Shown piece after piece: positions 1-9,647 of a stretch of 64,000 bases of DNA; positions within the stretch are counted from its first letter, which is position 1; every line of letters begins with the position of its first letter. A model generated the notes under the pieces. That model saw only the letters and a program-made list of their open reading frames with translations, was not told the origin of the DNA and did not search any database. Location of the stretch: NCBI GenBank assembly GCA_046330995.1, contig JAXLRS010000003.1, positions 373,634 to 437,633 on the forward strand, given 5' to 3'. The position numbers were made by a program, and so were the translations under genes. The DNA comes from Dermatophilaceae bacterium (GTDB lineage Bacteria; Actinomycetota; Actinomycetes; Actinomycetales; Dermatophilaceae).

Positions 1-484
1 CAGAGGCCCGGCCGGTCGGGTGCACATCGAGGACCTCGCTCAAATGCGCGGGTTCTACCCGAGGACGAATACAAGGGCAGCTTCGCGACCGTCGCTGCCC
101 TCGTCCACCGCGGACATGATCTCGAGCGGTCCAGTCGGTGACCCGGGCGCGGGTGGCAGCCTCCGCGATATCGACGTGGGCGGCGCCCTGGTGACGCGCC
201 TTGGCGACGGCGGCCGGGATCAGGGCTGTGCGTGCGGCCGTGTCGCCGACCGGGCCGGGATTGGACAGTGGCGGGGTAATGCCGACGGACTCGAACAACT
301 CCATCGGCCCCGGGAGCCGGGCTTCGAGGGTGAAGCCGTGGTCGGCCGGATCGGGGAACCCGATGGCGAGCCACAGCGAGGCAAGGGTTGGGCCGCACCG
401 GTTGCTAGGCGTCCCCTGGAGCAGAACCTGCGGGTAGTCGACCTGCGGCTCGACGTCGGTGAGGCCGCCGTGCAGGATCGCCAC
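1..484 (-). CDS. hypothetical protein, partial (runs off window start)
   Basis: Minus-strand frame from GTG at 484 shows strong G/C third-position bias down to about 130 (VAILHGGLTDVEPQVDYPQVLLQG...). Below about 130 the bias moves to a neighbouring frame, so a frameshift or early end is possible. No family recognised. Confidence 0.3.
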   Translation of the reverse strand, partial: MAILHGGLTDVEPQVDYPQVLLQGTPSNRCGPTLASLWLAIGFPDPADHGFTLEARLPGPMELFESVGITPPLSNPGPVGDTAARTALIPAAVAKARHQGAAHVDIAEAATRARVTDWTARDHVRGGRGQRRSRSCPCIRPRVEPAHLSEVLDVHPTGRAS

Positions 485-634
485 CGCCTCCTCCGGGGGG
501 AAGAGGTCCCCGCGCGGGATGAGTCGCCTGCCAGGTCAACGCGGCGGCGCGTTCAGCGAAGACCCGGCGCGCCGCGGCCGGCCCCGGCCGACGCCGATTT
601 CCTCCAGAGCCAAAATCGCGAGTTGGCTGAGGAG

Positions 635-1267
635 TCACGGCGCCGTCAGGAGAGCGCGATAGCGGAACGTCAGCGGCGAGCGCTCCGGGAAGCCGGGCAT
701 CGGGCCGATCACGCTGTCCACCACCGTGAACCCGGCGTCCAGCGCCAGCGCAATCGGGTCGCGCGTCAGGTGACAGCCGCCGCACACGCGCCGCTGCAAC
801 GGCTCCCAACGGCGTTGCCGGGAGGCGATGGCGGGGTCGTCACTGCGGCCGTGTTCGAGGAGGTGAAGGCTGCCGCCTGGCCGCAGCACCCGGCGGATTT
901 CGGCGAGCGCCACTCCGGGGTCGGGGATGGTGCACAGCGTGAAGGTGCACAACACCGCGTCGTATGCCGCATCCGCCTCCGCGAGTCGCTGACCGTCGAG
1001 CCCGCGGCGATGGACCGGGACCTCGCTGCGCTCGCGACGCCGGCCCGAGAGCTCCCAGGCGACGTCCGATGGCTCGACTGCGGCCACGGACGTCACATCG
1101 TCGGGATACCAGCGCACGTTCAGGCCGCTGCCGAATCCGACCTCCAGGATGCGGCCGGTCAGACCTCGGCAGGCCAGGGCGCGTTCGTCGCCGACGGCGT
1201 GGCCCTTGAGCGCCGCGTCCGTGACGCGGGGCAGCACGTGTTCACCCCACCAACCCATGGGGGACAT
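635..1267 (-). CDS. class I SAM-dependent methyltransferase
   Basis: ORF 635..1414. Likely start is MSPMGWW at 1267, just after the stop of the upstream MFS gene. SAM motif I ILEVGFGSGLN, then LRPGGSLHLLEH. Confidence 0.8.
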   Translation of the reverse strand: MSPMGWWGEHVLPRVTDAALKGHAVGDERALACRGLTGRILEVGFGSGLNVRWYPDDVTSVAAVEPSDVAWELSGRRRERSEVPVHRRGLDGQRLAEADAAYDAVLCTFTLCTIPDPGVALAEIRRVLRPGGSLHLLEHGRSDDPAIASRQRRWEPLQRRVCGGCHLTRDPIALALDAGFTVVDSVIGPMPGFPERSPLTFRYRALLTAP

Positions 1268-1275
1268 TGTCGTCG

Positions 1276-2478
1276 TCAGCGCGTGCGCATGTCTCGGCGA
1301 TGTTTGACGATCGAGAGCCCGAAGACCGCCAGGCCACCGAGCGCGAGCGCCGCGCCGACCAGGCTCGGGGCGGCATACCCATAGCCGCGGGCGATGACGA
1401 TGCCGCCGAGCCACGCACCGAGAGCGTTGGCGATATTGAGCGAGGCGTGACTACTCGCGGCGCCCAAGGTCTGGGCGGAACGCGCGACGGTGATCAGCCG
1501 CAGCATGACGGCGACCGCGAGGCAGCCGGCGACACACGACGCCAGAAATATCAGGGACAACGCCGCCACGAACCAGTGCGCGGTGAGCGCGAGGGCGACC
1601 AATACCACCGCCATCGCGAGCGACGACAACACGATCGAGCGCAGGATCGACCAATCGGCCAGTCGCCCCCCGACGGTGTTGCCGAGCAGGCCGCCGAGGC
1701 CGAACGCGAACAAGGCGAGCGGGACCAATCGCGGCGGGGCGCCGCTGACCTCGGTGATGAGCGGGGCAACATACGAATACATTGCGAACATCCCGCCGAA
1801 GCCGATGGACCCGGCGATGAAGGTCAGCGCCACCTGGACTGAGCCGAAGGCGCGCAACTCATTGCGGACCGAGGCGCCATCGGGTGCCCCTGTGCGCGGG
1901 ACGGCGAGCGCGATGAGCCCGGTCGCGGCGAGGGCGACGACCGCGACAGTCCAATAGCCGCTGCGCCAGCCGATCGCCTGGCCCATCCACGTCACCAGCG
2001 GCACGCCCACGAGGTTGGCGATGGGGATGCCGAGCATGACTCGGCCGACCGCGCGACCCGACTGGCCGGCCGGGGCAAGATCGATCGCCACGAGGGTGGC
2101 GACGCCGAAATAGGCGCCATGGGGCAGGCCGGCGAGAACGCGGGCGGCGAGGAAGGTCTCATAGGTCGGCGCCAGGGCCGATAGGACATTGCCCACCACG
2201 ATCGCGGCGGCCAGGCCGAGCAGGAGACCCTTGCGCGGGCGGGGCGCACCCCACGCCGCGAGGACCGGGGCCCCGACGACGACGCCGACGGCATACGCGC
2301 TGATCGCGTGACCCGCCTGCGGGATGCTCGCGTGCAGGCCTGCGGCGACCTCCGGCAGGAGCCCCATCGTGACGAACTCGGTGATGCCGATCCCGATGCC
2401 GCCGAGGATCAGGGCGATCGTCGCCACGAGGGCGGGCCGGGCCGGGGCGATTGGGCGGTCATACGGCACGGGCGACAT
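1276..2478 (-). CDS. MFS transporter (DHA1-like efflux permease)
   Basis: 400-aa polytopic hydrophobic ORF with a typical MFS N-terminus (GIGITEFVTMGLLPEVA, AYAVGVVVGAP). Confidence 0.85.
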   Translation of the reverse strand: MSPVPYDRPIAPARPALVATIALILGGIGIGITEFVTMGLLPEVAAGLHASIPQAGHAISAYAVGVVVGAPVLAAWGAPRPRKGLLLGLAAAIVVGNVLSALAPTYETFLAARVLAGLPHGAYFGVATLVAIDLAPAGQSGRAVGRVMLGIPIANLVGVPLVTWMGQAIGWRSGYWTVAVVALAATGLIALAVPRTGAPDGASVRNELRAFGSVQVALTFIAGSIGFGGMFAMYSYVAPLITEVSGAPPRLVPLALFAFGLGGLLGNTVGGRLADWSILRSIVLSSLAMAVVLVALALTAHWFVAALSLIFLASCVAGCLAVAVMLRLITVARSAQTLGAASSHASLNIANALGAWLGGIVIARGYGYAAPSLVGAALALGGLAVFGLSIVKHRRDMRTR

Positions 2479-2655
2479 TGTGCGCGGCTCGCGGGTTCGG
2501 CGCGCGCGCGGTCCGCGGTGGGATGCTGCCGCCTCAGTGGCGGCGTCAGGTGGCGGGAGCGCGAGGCGCGCGACGGCGGGCAGCCCGGATCAGCGCCATC
2601 TGCTCCGGGAAATCGGCGCTGATCTGGGGGCCGATCTCGTCGCCGCCGTGACCGG

Positions 2656-2907
2656 TTATCTCCAGAAGGTGCACATGAACGGGTAGTCGTCCGTGTCGCC
2701 GATCCGGCCGCCCGCGGCGCCGGCTCGCTCGATGAGTTCATCGACTGCTTCGCGGCTGGCCAGGTCGAAGGAAACGGTGACCTTTGACGGGGTGTCGGGC
2801 CCGCCGATGACGTCCTCAGTGCCACCGACGCTGGCATACATCTCGCGGCTGCCGAGCATGACGTATTGCTCGGGCGCGATCGAGAAGCAGGACACCTTGT
2901 AGGCCAT
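2656..2907 (-). pseudogene. VOC/glyoxalase-family fragment
   Basis: Only the central part of a VOC-fold protein is present (SREAVDELIERAGAAGGRIGDTDDYPFM). The N-terminal beta-alpha-beta module and the usual C-terminal end are missing. Start taken at MAYKV. Confidence 0.4.
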
Positions 2908-2962
2908 GGCGGCGCGTGACGGACGGGTGGCATTCTGGCTCCAGAGCAGCCATAGTGGAGCC

Positions 2963-3193
2963 ATGCCGAACATTCAGGTCAAGGGCGTCCCCGCCCAGAC
3001 CCACGCGATCCTGAAGCAACGGGCGACCGCCGCCCACCAGTCCCTCCAGGAGTATCTGCTGGCCCGGCTCATCCGGGAGGCACAACAGCCCACGATCGAC
3101 GAGGTCCTCGAGCGGGCCGGGAGCCGCGCCGGCGGAGAGCTCGCCCTCGCTGACGCAGTGCGCATGTTGCGGTTCGAGCGTGCTCGTCGTTGA
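2963..3193 (+). CDS. vapB: ribbon-helix-helix antitoxin (VapB/FitA-like)
   Basis: MPNIQVKGVPAQTHAILKQRA is a typical RHH N-terminus. Overlaps the downstream PIN gene by 14 nt. Confidence 0.75.
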   Translation: MPNIQVKGVPAQTHAILKQRATAAHQSLQEYLLARLIREAQQPTIDEVLERAGSRAGGELALADAVRMLRFERARR

Positions 3194-3590
3194 TGCGAGC
3201 GTCCTGGCCGTCGCCCTGCTCGATGACGTACAGGACGGGGATCTGCTCCGTGCCCGGCTGCGCGGCGAAGACCTCGCGGCACCCGGCCTGATCGACCTCG
3301 AGGTCCTGTCCGTGTGGCGCGGGCTGGCTCGGGGTAGCCGCCTGGACGCACGGCGGGTGCGCCTGGCCATGGACGACCTGCGCGATCTCCCCCTGCAGCG
3401 GGTCGACCACCGGTCGCTGATGGTGCGTTGCTGGGAACTGCGCGAAAACCTGACGGTCTACGACGCCGCCTACGTCGCGCTCGCCGAGGCGCTGGATGCA
3501 ACCCTGCTGACGGGTGATCGACGCCTTGCCCGGGCGCCGGGTCCCATGTGTGAGATTGAGGTCGTGAGGCCGGCTTCGCGACGAGCCTGA
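3180..3590 (+). CDS. vapC: PIN-domain ribonuclease toxin VapC
   Basis: GTG start. N-terminal LVVDASVL (first acidic residue), later YDAAYVALAE and LLTGD motifs typical of VapC. Confidence 0.85.
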   Translation: MLVVDASVLAVALLDDVQDGDLLRARLRGEDLAAPGLIDLEVLSVWRGLARGSRLDARRVRLAMDDLRDLPLQRVDHRSLMVRCWELRENLTVYDAAYVALAEALDATLLTGDRRLARAPGPMCEIEVVRPASRRA

Positions 3591-3781
3591 TCCACGTGAC
3601 GGAACGCCGCGGGCGCGAGACGGCGGGTCAGGACTCAGATTGCCACCCGAGAGGACGGCGCCGAGTCTCAGAAGCGTCACGATCAACCCGCCGTAGTCTC
3701 ACCAAGTCCGAGAATCCTCGGCCACGTCTCAGACCCACACGCGCCGGATAGCGCCGGACAACACAGACACTCCTGCTGCTG

Positions 3782-5092
3782 TCAGGGGTGCTCGCGCAGG
3801 TAGCGGCCGAAGTGAGGCACGGTGAAGGCGACCTTGCCGCGCTCGGTGGAATAGATCAGGCCCTTCTTCAGCAGCGCATCGCGGGCGGGGGAGAGGGATT
3901 GCGGTTGCTTCCCAAGCCATTTCGCGACATCGGCAGTCGCGACGGCGTCGAGTTCGATGGTCAGGCTCGAGCCGTATGCCGCAGAACCCGACTCGCTCTC
4001 GACCGGCCCGCCGACGACCGCCCCGTCGGTGTCGATGAGCGCGACCGCAGCCATCGCGCGCAGGTAGTCGCGCTCGGCGGGGGTGGCGCGTTCATACCGG
4101 CTGCCGAAGAAGCCGACGGCGAGTTCGGCCTCGGCGCGCGGGACGGCGACGCGGACATCGTCGGCGGTGATCGGAGTCGTCGGCGCGAGATCCCAGACCT
4201 CCCGGCCATAGGCCTGGATGAAATAGGGATAGCCGCCGGTCACGGCATACATCTGCGCCAGCGCTTCCGGGTCGTATGCCGCGTCCTCCTCCGCCGCGGG
4301 CACGGCGAGCGCCGCGGCGGCCGCCTCCTGGTCGAGCCGGTCGATCAGGGCGTATCGAAACAGTCTCTCGGAGTATGACTTCGACGCGGACAACACCGCA
4401 GGGAGGTGGGGGAGGCCAGCACCGACCACCAACACCGGAAGGGCCGCCTGGGAGATCTCGTGGCAGGCGGCGCACAGAGCAGAGACGTCCTCAGCCCCGA
4501 GGTCCTGCATTTCGTCGATGAAGATCGCGACGCCGCGCCCGAGGTCGGCGGCCAGGCCACCGATGTCGGTGAGGAGTTCGACGAGATCGATCTCAATGTC
4601 GCCCGAATCCGCCCGTCCCGGAACGGCATTCGCCTCGATCCCGGGATTCCAGCGGTCGCGCAGCTTGGTGTTGGGGGCCGTCTCGCGCTGGGCGAAGGAC
4701 TTGACGACGCCGAGGACGTGCGCGACCTGGTCCTCTTGCGAGTGGCCGAGTTCGCGCACGGCGACGTGGGCGGCGGCGGCGACGGGCCGGCGCAGGGTCT
4801 GGTCCGGGCGGGCCTCGAATTTCCCGGTGCCCCAGCCGGCGCGGACCGCCTGGCCGCGAAGGGCGTTGAGCAGCACCGTCTTTCCCACGCCACGCAGCCC
4901 GGTGAGGATCAGCGACCGCTCCGGGCGGCCTTTGGCGACCCGTTGCAGGACCACGTCGAAGGTCCGCAGCTGCTCGTCCCGACCGGCCAACTCGGGGGGA
5001 CGCTGGCCGGCTCCGGGCGCATACGGGTTTCGGATCGGATCCACGATACGGAGCGTATGCCGGACTCTACGGATTTCGGCAGAACCCGGCAT
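3782..5092 (-). CDS. AAA+ ATPase with C-terminal winged-helix domain (Orc1/Cdc6-like ATP-binding protein)
   Basis: Real part of ORF 3782..5770. NPYAPGAGQRPPELAGRDEQL, Walker A GLRGVGKT, Walker B IFIDEMQD, C-terminal wHTH-like tail. ATG at 5092 (alternative GTG at 5044). Confidence 0.8.
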   Translation of the reverse strand: MPGSAEIRRVRHTLRIVDPIRNPYAPGAGQRPPELAGRDEQLRTFDVVLQRVAKGRPERSLILTGLRGVGKTVLLNALRGQAVRAGWGTGKFEARPDQTLRRPVAAAAHVAVRELGHSQEDQVAHVLGVVKSFAQRETAPNTKLRDRWNPGIEANAVPGRADSGDIEIDLVELLTDIGGLAADLGRGVAIFIDEMQDLGAEDVSALCAACHEISQAALPVLVVGAGLPHLPAVLSASKSYSERLFRYALIDRLDQEAAAAALAVPAAEEDAAYDPEALAQMYAVTGGYPYFIQAYGREVWDLAPTTPITADDVRVAVPRAEAELAVGFFGSRYERATPAERDYLRAMAAVALIDTDGAVVGGPVESESGSAAYGSSLTIELDAVATADVAKWLGKQPQSLSPARDALLKKGLIYSTERGKVAFTVPHFGRYLREHP

Positions 5093-5138
5093 ACGAGGAA
5101 ATCGTGTCCGCAGCCGTGCCGTGCGCGAGACTTCCGGC

Positions 5139-5831
5139 GTGACCGCGCCGCTGGATGCCGCACCGCCCATTGCCGGCCTTGTCCTCGCGGCGGGCGCGGG
5201 GCGCCGGATGGGCGGCCCAAAGGCCCTGCTCACCCTCACCGACGGCGGGCCGACCCTCGTCGAACTCGCGGTCACCCGGCTCCTCGCCGGCGGCTGCCCG
5301 TCGGTCGTCACCGTCGTCGGGGCCCAGGCCGACACCGTCGGTCCGTATGCCGCATCCACGGGTTCAATCGTCGTCGTCGCCGACGACTGGGCGCAGGGCA
5401 TGGGCGCCTCCCTCCGGCGTGGGTTGCAGGCGCTCGAAGCGACGCGGGCCGAGGCGGCCGTCGTCACGCTGGTGGACCTTCCGGACGTCATCGAGACCGT
5501 CATCGCGCGCGTGCTCGAATCGCTCGCTCGCACAGGTGAATCCGACGATTCCGCGGGTCTCGCGCGAGGCGCGCCATCGGCGGGGACAGGGGGAGGTGGG
5601 TGGGCGACGGCGCTGGGGCGCGCGGCATACGGCGGGAAGCCGGGACACCCGGTGGTCCTCGGCCGCACCCACTGGCCGGCGGTGCTCGCCTCGGCGACGG
5701 GGGACCGCGGGGCGCGGGCCGTGCTCGCGACGGGCGCGACCCTGCTCGTCGAGTGTGGCGACCTCGCCACCGGACGCGACTGGGACCGGCGGACCGATCA
5801 GCCGCCCCGCTCACCCGGCGCGAGGTCGTAG
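5139..5831 (+). CDS. MobA/MocA-like nucleotidyltransferase (molybdenum cofactor cytidylyltransferase-like)
   Basis: GTG at 5139 in the frame of ORF 4518..5831. N-terminal LVLAAGAGRRMGGPKAL signature. Position directly upstream of the cox accessory genes. Confidence 0.7.
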   Translation: MTAPLDAAPPIAGLVLAAGAGRRMGGPKALLTLTDGGPTLVELAVTRLLAGGCPSVVTVVGAQADTVGPYAASTGSIVVVADDWAQGMGASLRRGLQALEATRAEAAVVTLVDLPDVIETVIARVLESLARTGESDDSAGLARGAPSAGTGGGGWATALGRAAYGGKPGHPVVLGRTHWPAVLASATGDRGARAVLATGATLLVECGDLATGRDWDRRTDQPPRSPGARS

Positions 5832-5967
5832 GCCGGCGGTGAGGTCGGCGACGCGCAGCCACGACCTCACCGCCACCCTCCGACCTCGGCCGCGCCGGCA
5901 CGTAGGCATGCTCAGACGGCTCGTCTCTGCGCTACCGCTGACCGGCCACGTGCGCCACGATGGGGCC

Positions 5968-6855
5968 ATGGACCTGCGCACGGCCTACCCCGCGCCGGCC
6001 GATCTGGCCACGGCGCTGGGCGAGACCGGCTATCTCACCGACGAGGCGCTGACGACCGTCACGTGGCTCGCCCTGCGCCTCGGCCGCCCCCTGCTCCTCG
6101 AGGGCGAACCCGGCACCGGCAAGACCGCCCTCGCCGAGTCGCTCGCGCAGAGCACCGGGCTGCCGCTGATCCGCCTCCAGTGCTACGAGGGCATCGACGC
6201 GACGCAGGCGCTCTATGACTGGGACTTCCCCCGCCAGATCCTCCACCTCCGCGCGGTCGAAGCCGTCCACGGCGCGGCGCCCGACCTCGACGCCGTCGAG
6301 CAGTCGCTCTTCGGCGAGCGCTTCCTCCTCGCCCGCCCGATCCTCACCGCCCTGCGCGCCCCGAGCGTCCTGCTCATCGATGAGATCGACCGCGCCGACG
6401 ACGAGTTCGAGGCCTTCCTCCTCGAGGTGCTCTCGACCTGGCAGGTCACCATTCCCGAACTCGGAACGGTCACGGCCGCAACACCTCCGGCGGTGATCCT
6501 CACCTCCAACCGCACCCGCGAACTCCACGACGCCCTCAAGCGTCGCTGCCTGTATCACTGGCTCGATCACCCCGGCATCGAGCGCGAACTCGCCATCGTT
6601 GCGGCCCGCGCTCCCGAGGTCGACGCCGCCCTCGCGAGCCAGGTCGTCCGCGCTGTCCACCGGATCCGCGCCGACCGCGAGTTGCTCAAGCCCCCCGGTG
6701 TCGCCGAGACCCTCGACTGGGCCCGCGCCCTCGACGAACTCGGCACCCGTGATCTCGACACCGAGACGGCCGCGGCGACGCTCGGCGTGGCGATCAAGTA
6801 CCGCGAGGACGCCCAGCGCGTCCTCGACGCTCTCGACCGAGTGCTCACGCCGTGA
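5968..6855 (+). CDS. coxD: MoxR-family AAA ATPase, CoxD-like
   Basis: Real part of ORF 5155..6855 from MDLRTAYP. Walker A GEPGTGKT, Walker B LLIDEIDRA, sensor LTSNR. Confidence 0.85.
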   Translation: MDLRTAYPAPADLATALGETGYLTDEALTTVTWLALRLGRPLLLEGEPGTGKTALAESLAQSTGLPLIRLQCYEGIDATQALYDWDFPRQILHLRAVEAVHGAAPDLDAVEQSLFGERFLLARPILTALRAPSVLLIDEIDRADDEFEAFLLEVLSTWQVTIPELGTVTAATPPAVILTSNRTRELHDALKRRCLYHWLDHPGIERELAIVAARAPEVDAALASQVVRAVHRIRADRELLKPPGVAETLDWARALDELGTRDLDTETAAATLGVAIKYREDAQRVLDALDRVLTP

Positions 6856-7979
6856 CCACGGCGACCGTGGCTGCGACGAGGGAGCCTCGCGGCGGCACCG
6901 AAATCCTCCTCGGCTTCGCCCGGACCCTGCGGGCCGCCGGAGTTCCGGTCACCGCCGACCGTGAACGCACCTATCTCGAAGCCGTTGCCGCACTTGGGAT
7001 CGGGGATCCGGCCGCCGTCTACCACGCCGGCCGCGCCAGCCTGTGCGGGTCACCCGCCGACCTCGAGCGGCACGACCTCGCGTATGCCGCGTACTTCTCC
7101 GGCGAGCGCGGTGGCACCAAGCGCCGCCCCGCCCCGCCGCCGCCCCCGGTCGCCAACGCCGCGCTCGACTCCCAGCGCACTGGCGACCCGTCCGCACGGG
7201 ACGAAGCTCTCCGGGCCGACGCCAGCAGCACCGAGGTGCTGCGGCGGCGTGACATCGCCGCGCTCTCCGCCGACGAGAAACGTCGGCTCGCCGCCCTCTT
7301 CGGGGGACTCCGTCCGCGGGCACCGCGGCGGCGGGCGCACCGCCATACGCCCGCGCGGCGCGGCCCGATCGACGCCCGCCGCACGCTGCGCGACACCCTT
7401 CGTCGCCTCGGCGAACCCGGTGAGATCCGGCATCGCCGCCGCGGCCACCGGGCGCGCCGGGTCATCCTCCTCCTCGACATCTCAGGTTCCATGGGGCCGT
7501 ATGCCGATTCCCTCCTCCGCCTCGCGCATGTCTTCTGCCGCAGCGGGATTCCCGTCGAGGTCTTCACGCTCGGCACCCGGCTCACGCGGATCACCCGGCC
7601 GCTGCGGCACCGCGACGCCGACCGGGCCCTCGTCGCGGTCGGCGACGCCGTCGCCGACTGGTCCGGCGGGACCCGGCTCGCCGAGGGCCTCGCCGCGTTC
7701 CTCTCGCGGTGGGGGAGAAGGGGTCTGGCCCGCGGCGCCGTGGTCGTCATCGCCAGTGACGGGTGGGAGCGGGGCGACCCGGCCGCGCTCGGCGAGCAGA
7801 TGCGGCGCCTTCGGGCGGTGAGTCACGCGGTGGTGTGGGCGAATCCGCACCGGGGGCGGGCGGCATACGCGCCGGTCCAGGGCGGGATCGTCGCGGCGCT
7901 GCCGCACATCGACCACTTCATCGCGGGGCACTCGCTCGCGGCGTTCGAGGAACTGATCGAGGTGATCGCCGATGCGTGA
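6852..7979 (+). CDS. coxE: VWA-domain protein, CoxE-like
   Basis: GTGA overlap with coxD. MIDAS-type LLLDISGSM and the conserved CoxE C-terminus (WANPHRG...HIDHFIAGHSL). Confidence 0.85.
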   Translation: MTTATVAATREPRGGTEILLGFARTLRAAGVPVTADRERTYLEAVAALGIGDPAAVYHAGRASLCGSPADLERHDLAYAAYFSGERGGTKRRPAPPPPPVANAALDSQRTGDPSARDEALRADASSTEVLRRRDIAALSADEKRRLAALFGGLRPRAPRRRAHRHTPARRGPIDARRTLRDTLRRLGEPGEIRHRRRGHRARRVILLLDISGSMGPYADSLLRLAHVFCRSGIPVEVFTLGTRLTRITRPLRHRDADRALVAVGDAVADWSGGTRLAEGLAAFLSRWGRRGLARGAVVVIASDGWERGDPAALGEQMRRLRAVSHAVVWANPHRGRAAYAPVQGGIVAALPHIDHFIAGHSLAAFEELIEVIADA

Positions 7980-9102
7980 GGTGCTGCCGGATCTGCTCGC
8001 GTGGTGGGAGGCGGGGGAGACCGTCGGGATGGGCACGGTCGTCGCGACGTGGCGCTCGGCGCCGCGACCCGCCGGCGCGTCGATGCTCGTCGGCCCCGGC
8101 GGCGAGGCGGTCGGGTCGGTCTCGGGGGGGTGCGTCGAAGGCGCGGTCTATGCCCTCGCCGAGTCTGTGGTTGCCTCGGATATCCCTGTCCTGCAACGGT
8201 ATGGCGTGTCCGACGAGACCGCCGAGTCGGTCGGCCTGACCTGCGGCGGGATCCTCGACGTCTATGTCGAGCCGGTCAACCAGGCGCACTTCCCCGAACT
8301 CGGCGACGTCGCCGCCGATATCGCCGCGGGCCGTCCCGTCGCGGTCGCAACCGTCGTCGCCCACCCCGATCCAGCCTGGCTCGGCCGGCGCCTCGTCGTT
8401 CACGCGGACGCGCACACCGGAACCCTCGGCAGCCCTCGCGCCGACGCCGCGGTGGTCGACGACGCCCGTGGCCAGCTCGCGAGCGGTCACTCCGACACCC
8501 TCAGCTATGGCCCGGACGGCGAACGGCGGGGGGAGGGGCTGCGGGTGTTCGTCGCGGCATACGCCCCCCCGCCGCGGATGATCGTCTTCGGGGCCATCGA
8601 CTTCGCCGCCGCCGTCGCCGAGGTCGGGTCGTTCCTCGGGTATGCCGTGACCGTCTGCGACGCCCGCCCCGTCTTCGCGACCGCCTCGCGTTTCCCCGCG
8701 GCCGGCGAGGTCGTCGTCAAGTGGCCGCATCGCTATCTCGCCGAGGAGGCCGACGCCGGGCGCCTCGACGCGCGGACGGTCGTCTGCGTCCTGACCCACG
8801 ACCCGAAGTTCGACGTCCCGGTCCTGGAGGTCGCGCTCCGCCTGCCCGCGCTCGCGTATGTCGGGGCAATGGGGTCGCGCACCACCCACGAGGACCGGCT
8901 CGCCCGGCTTCGCGAGGCCGGCCTCACCGACACCGAACTCGCCCGCCTCTCCTCGCCGATCGGGCTCGACCTCGGTGCCCGCACGCCGCAGGAGACCGCT
9001 GTCAGCATCGCCGCCGAGATCATCGCCCTCCGGTGGGGTGGCGGCGGTGAGCGACTCGGCGGCCTCGCCGGGCCGATCCATCACGGACTCCCGGCGAATT
9101 GA
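7972..9102 (+). CDS. XdhC/CoxF-family molybdoenzyme maturation protein
   Basis: N-terminal XdhC domain ([12 protein letters not shown]) and Rossmann-like C-terminal domain ([27 protein letters not shown]). Confidence 0.85.
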   Translation: MREVLPDLLAWWEAGETVGMGTVVATWRSAPRPAGASMLVGPGGEAVGSVSGGCVEGAVYALAESVVASDIPVLQRYGVSDETAESVGLTCGGILDVYVEPVNQAHFPELGDVAADIAAGRPVAVATVVAHPDPAWLGRRLVVHADAHTGTLGSPRADAAVVDDARGQLASGHSDTLSYGPDGERRGEGLRVFVAAYAPPPRMIVFGAIDFAAAVAEVGSFLGYAVTVCDARPVFATASRFPAAGEVVVKWPHRYLAEEADAGRLDARTVVCVLTHDPKFDVPVLEVALRLPALAYVGAMGSRTTHEDRLARLREAGLTDTELARLSSPIGLDLGARTPQETAVSIAAEIIALRWGGGGERLGGLAGPIHHGLPAN

Positions 9103-9182
9103 CAGGCGCCCAACCCTGTCCAAGAGGCGCGGAATCGGGAAGGATCGGGCGATCACGTCCCAAGAACGCAAAGGAGTCGAGG

Positions 9183-9647
9183 ATGACTCGGATCACGGTG
9201 ACGGTCGACGGCCGGAAGTACGTCGACGACGTCGAACCCCGGACCCTGCTGGTGAGCTATCTGCGAGAGAACCTGGGCAAGGTCGGGACCGTGATCGGTT
9301 GCGACACCAGCAATTGCGGCGCCTGCACGGTCCACCTCGACGGCCGCAGCGTCAAGTCGTGCAATGTTCTCGCGGTGCAGGTGGATGGGCACGAGGTGAC
9401 GACCATCGAGGGCATCGCCGTCAACGGTGAGTTGCACCCGATGCAGCAGGCCTTCCACGAGAATCACGCGCTCCAGTGCGGCTATTGCACGCCGGGGATG
9501 ATCATGCAGGCCATCGACCTCCTCACCGACAACCCCGATCCCAGCGAGGCCGAGATCCGCGCCGGGTTGGAGGGCAACCTGTGCCGGTGCACCGGCTACC
9601 ACAACATCGTCAAGGCCGTCGCGGCGGCCGCGAAGGCAGGTGAGTGA
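9183..9647 (+). CDS. coxS: (2Fe-2S)-binding small subunit of a CODH/xanthine dehydrogenase-family enzyme
   Basis: [12 protein letters not shown] and CGYCTPGM...CRCTGY cysteine clusters. ATG at 9183 in ORF 9099..9647. Confidence 0.9.
   Translation: MTRITVTVDGRKYVDDVEPRTLLVSYLRENLGKVGTVIGCDTSNCGACTVHLDGRSVKSCNVLAVQVDGHEVTTIEGIAVNGELHPMQQAFHENHALQCGYCTPGMIMQAIDLLTDNPDPSEAEIRAGLEGNLCRCTGYHNIVKAVAAAAKAGE

Noticed and set aside
20-1384. 454-aa + strand ORF at the window start.
   Set aside because: Arg/Gly/Pro-rich and antisense to the methyltransferase and MFS genes. It is a typical high-G+C shadow ORF.
3782-5770. N-terminal extensions of long ORFs: 662 aa here, plus 4518..5831, 5155..6855, 18302..20755, 19702..22758 and 58867..62706.
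   Set aside because: The upstream parts are low-complexity and overlap better-supported genes on the other strand. Internal starts give proteins of family-typical length.
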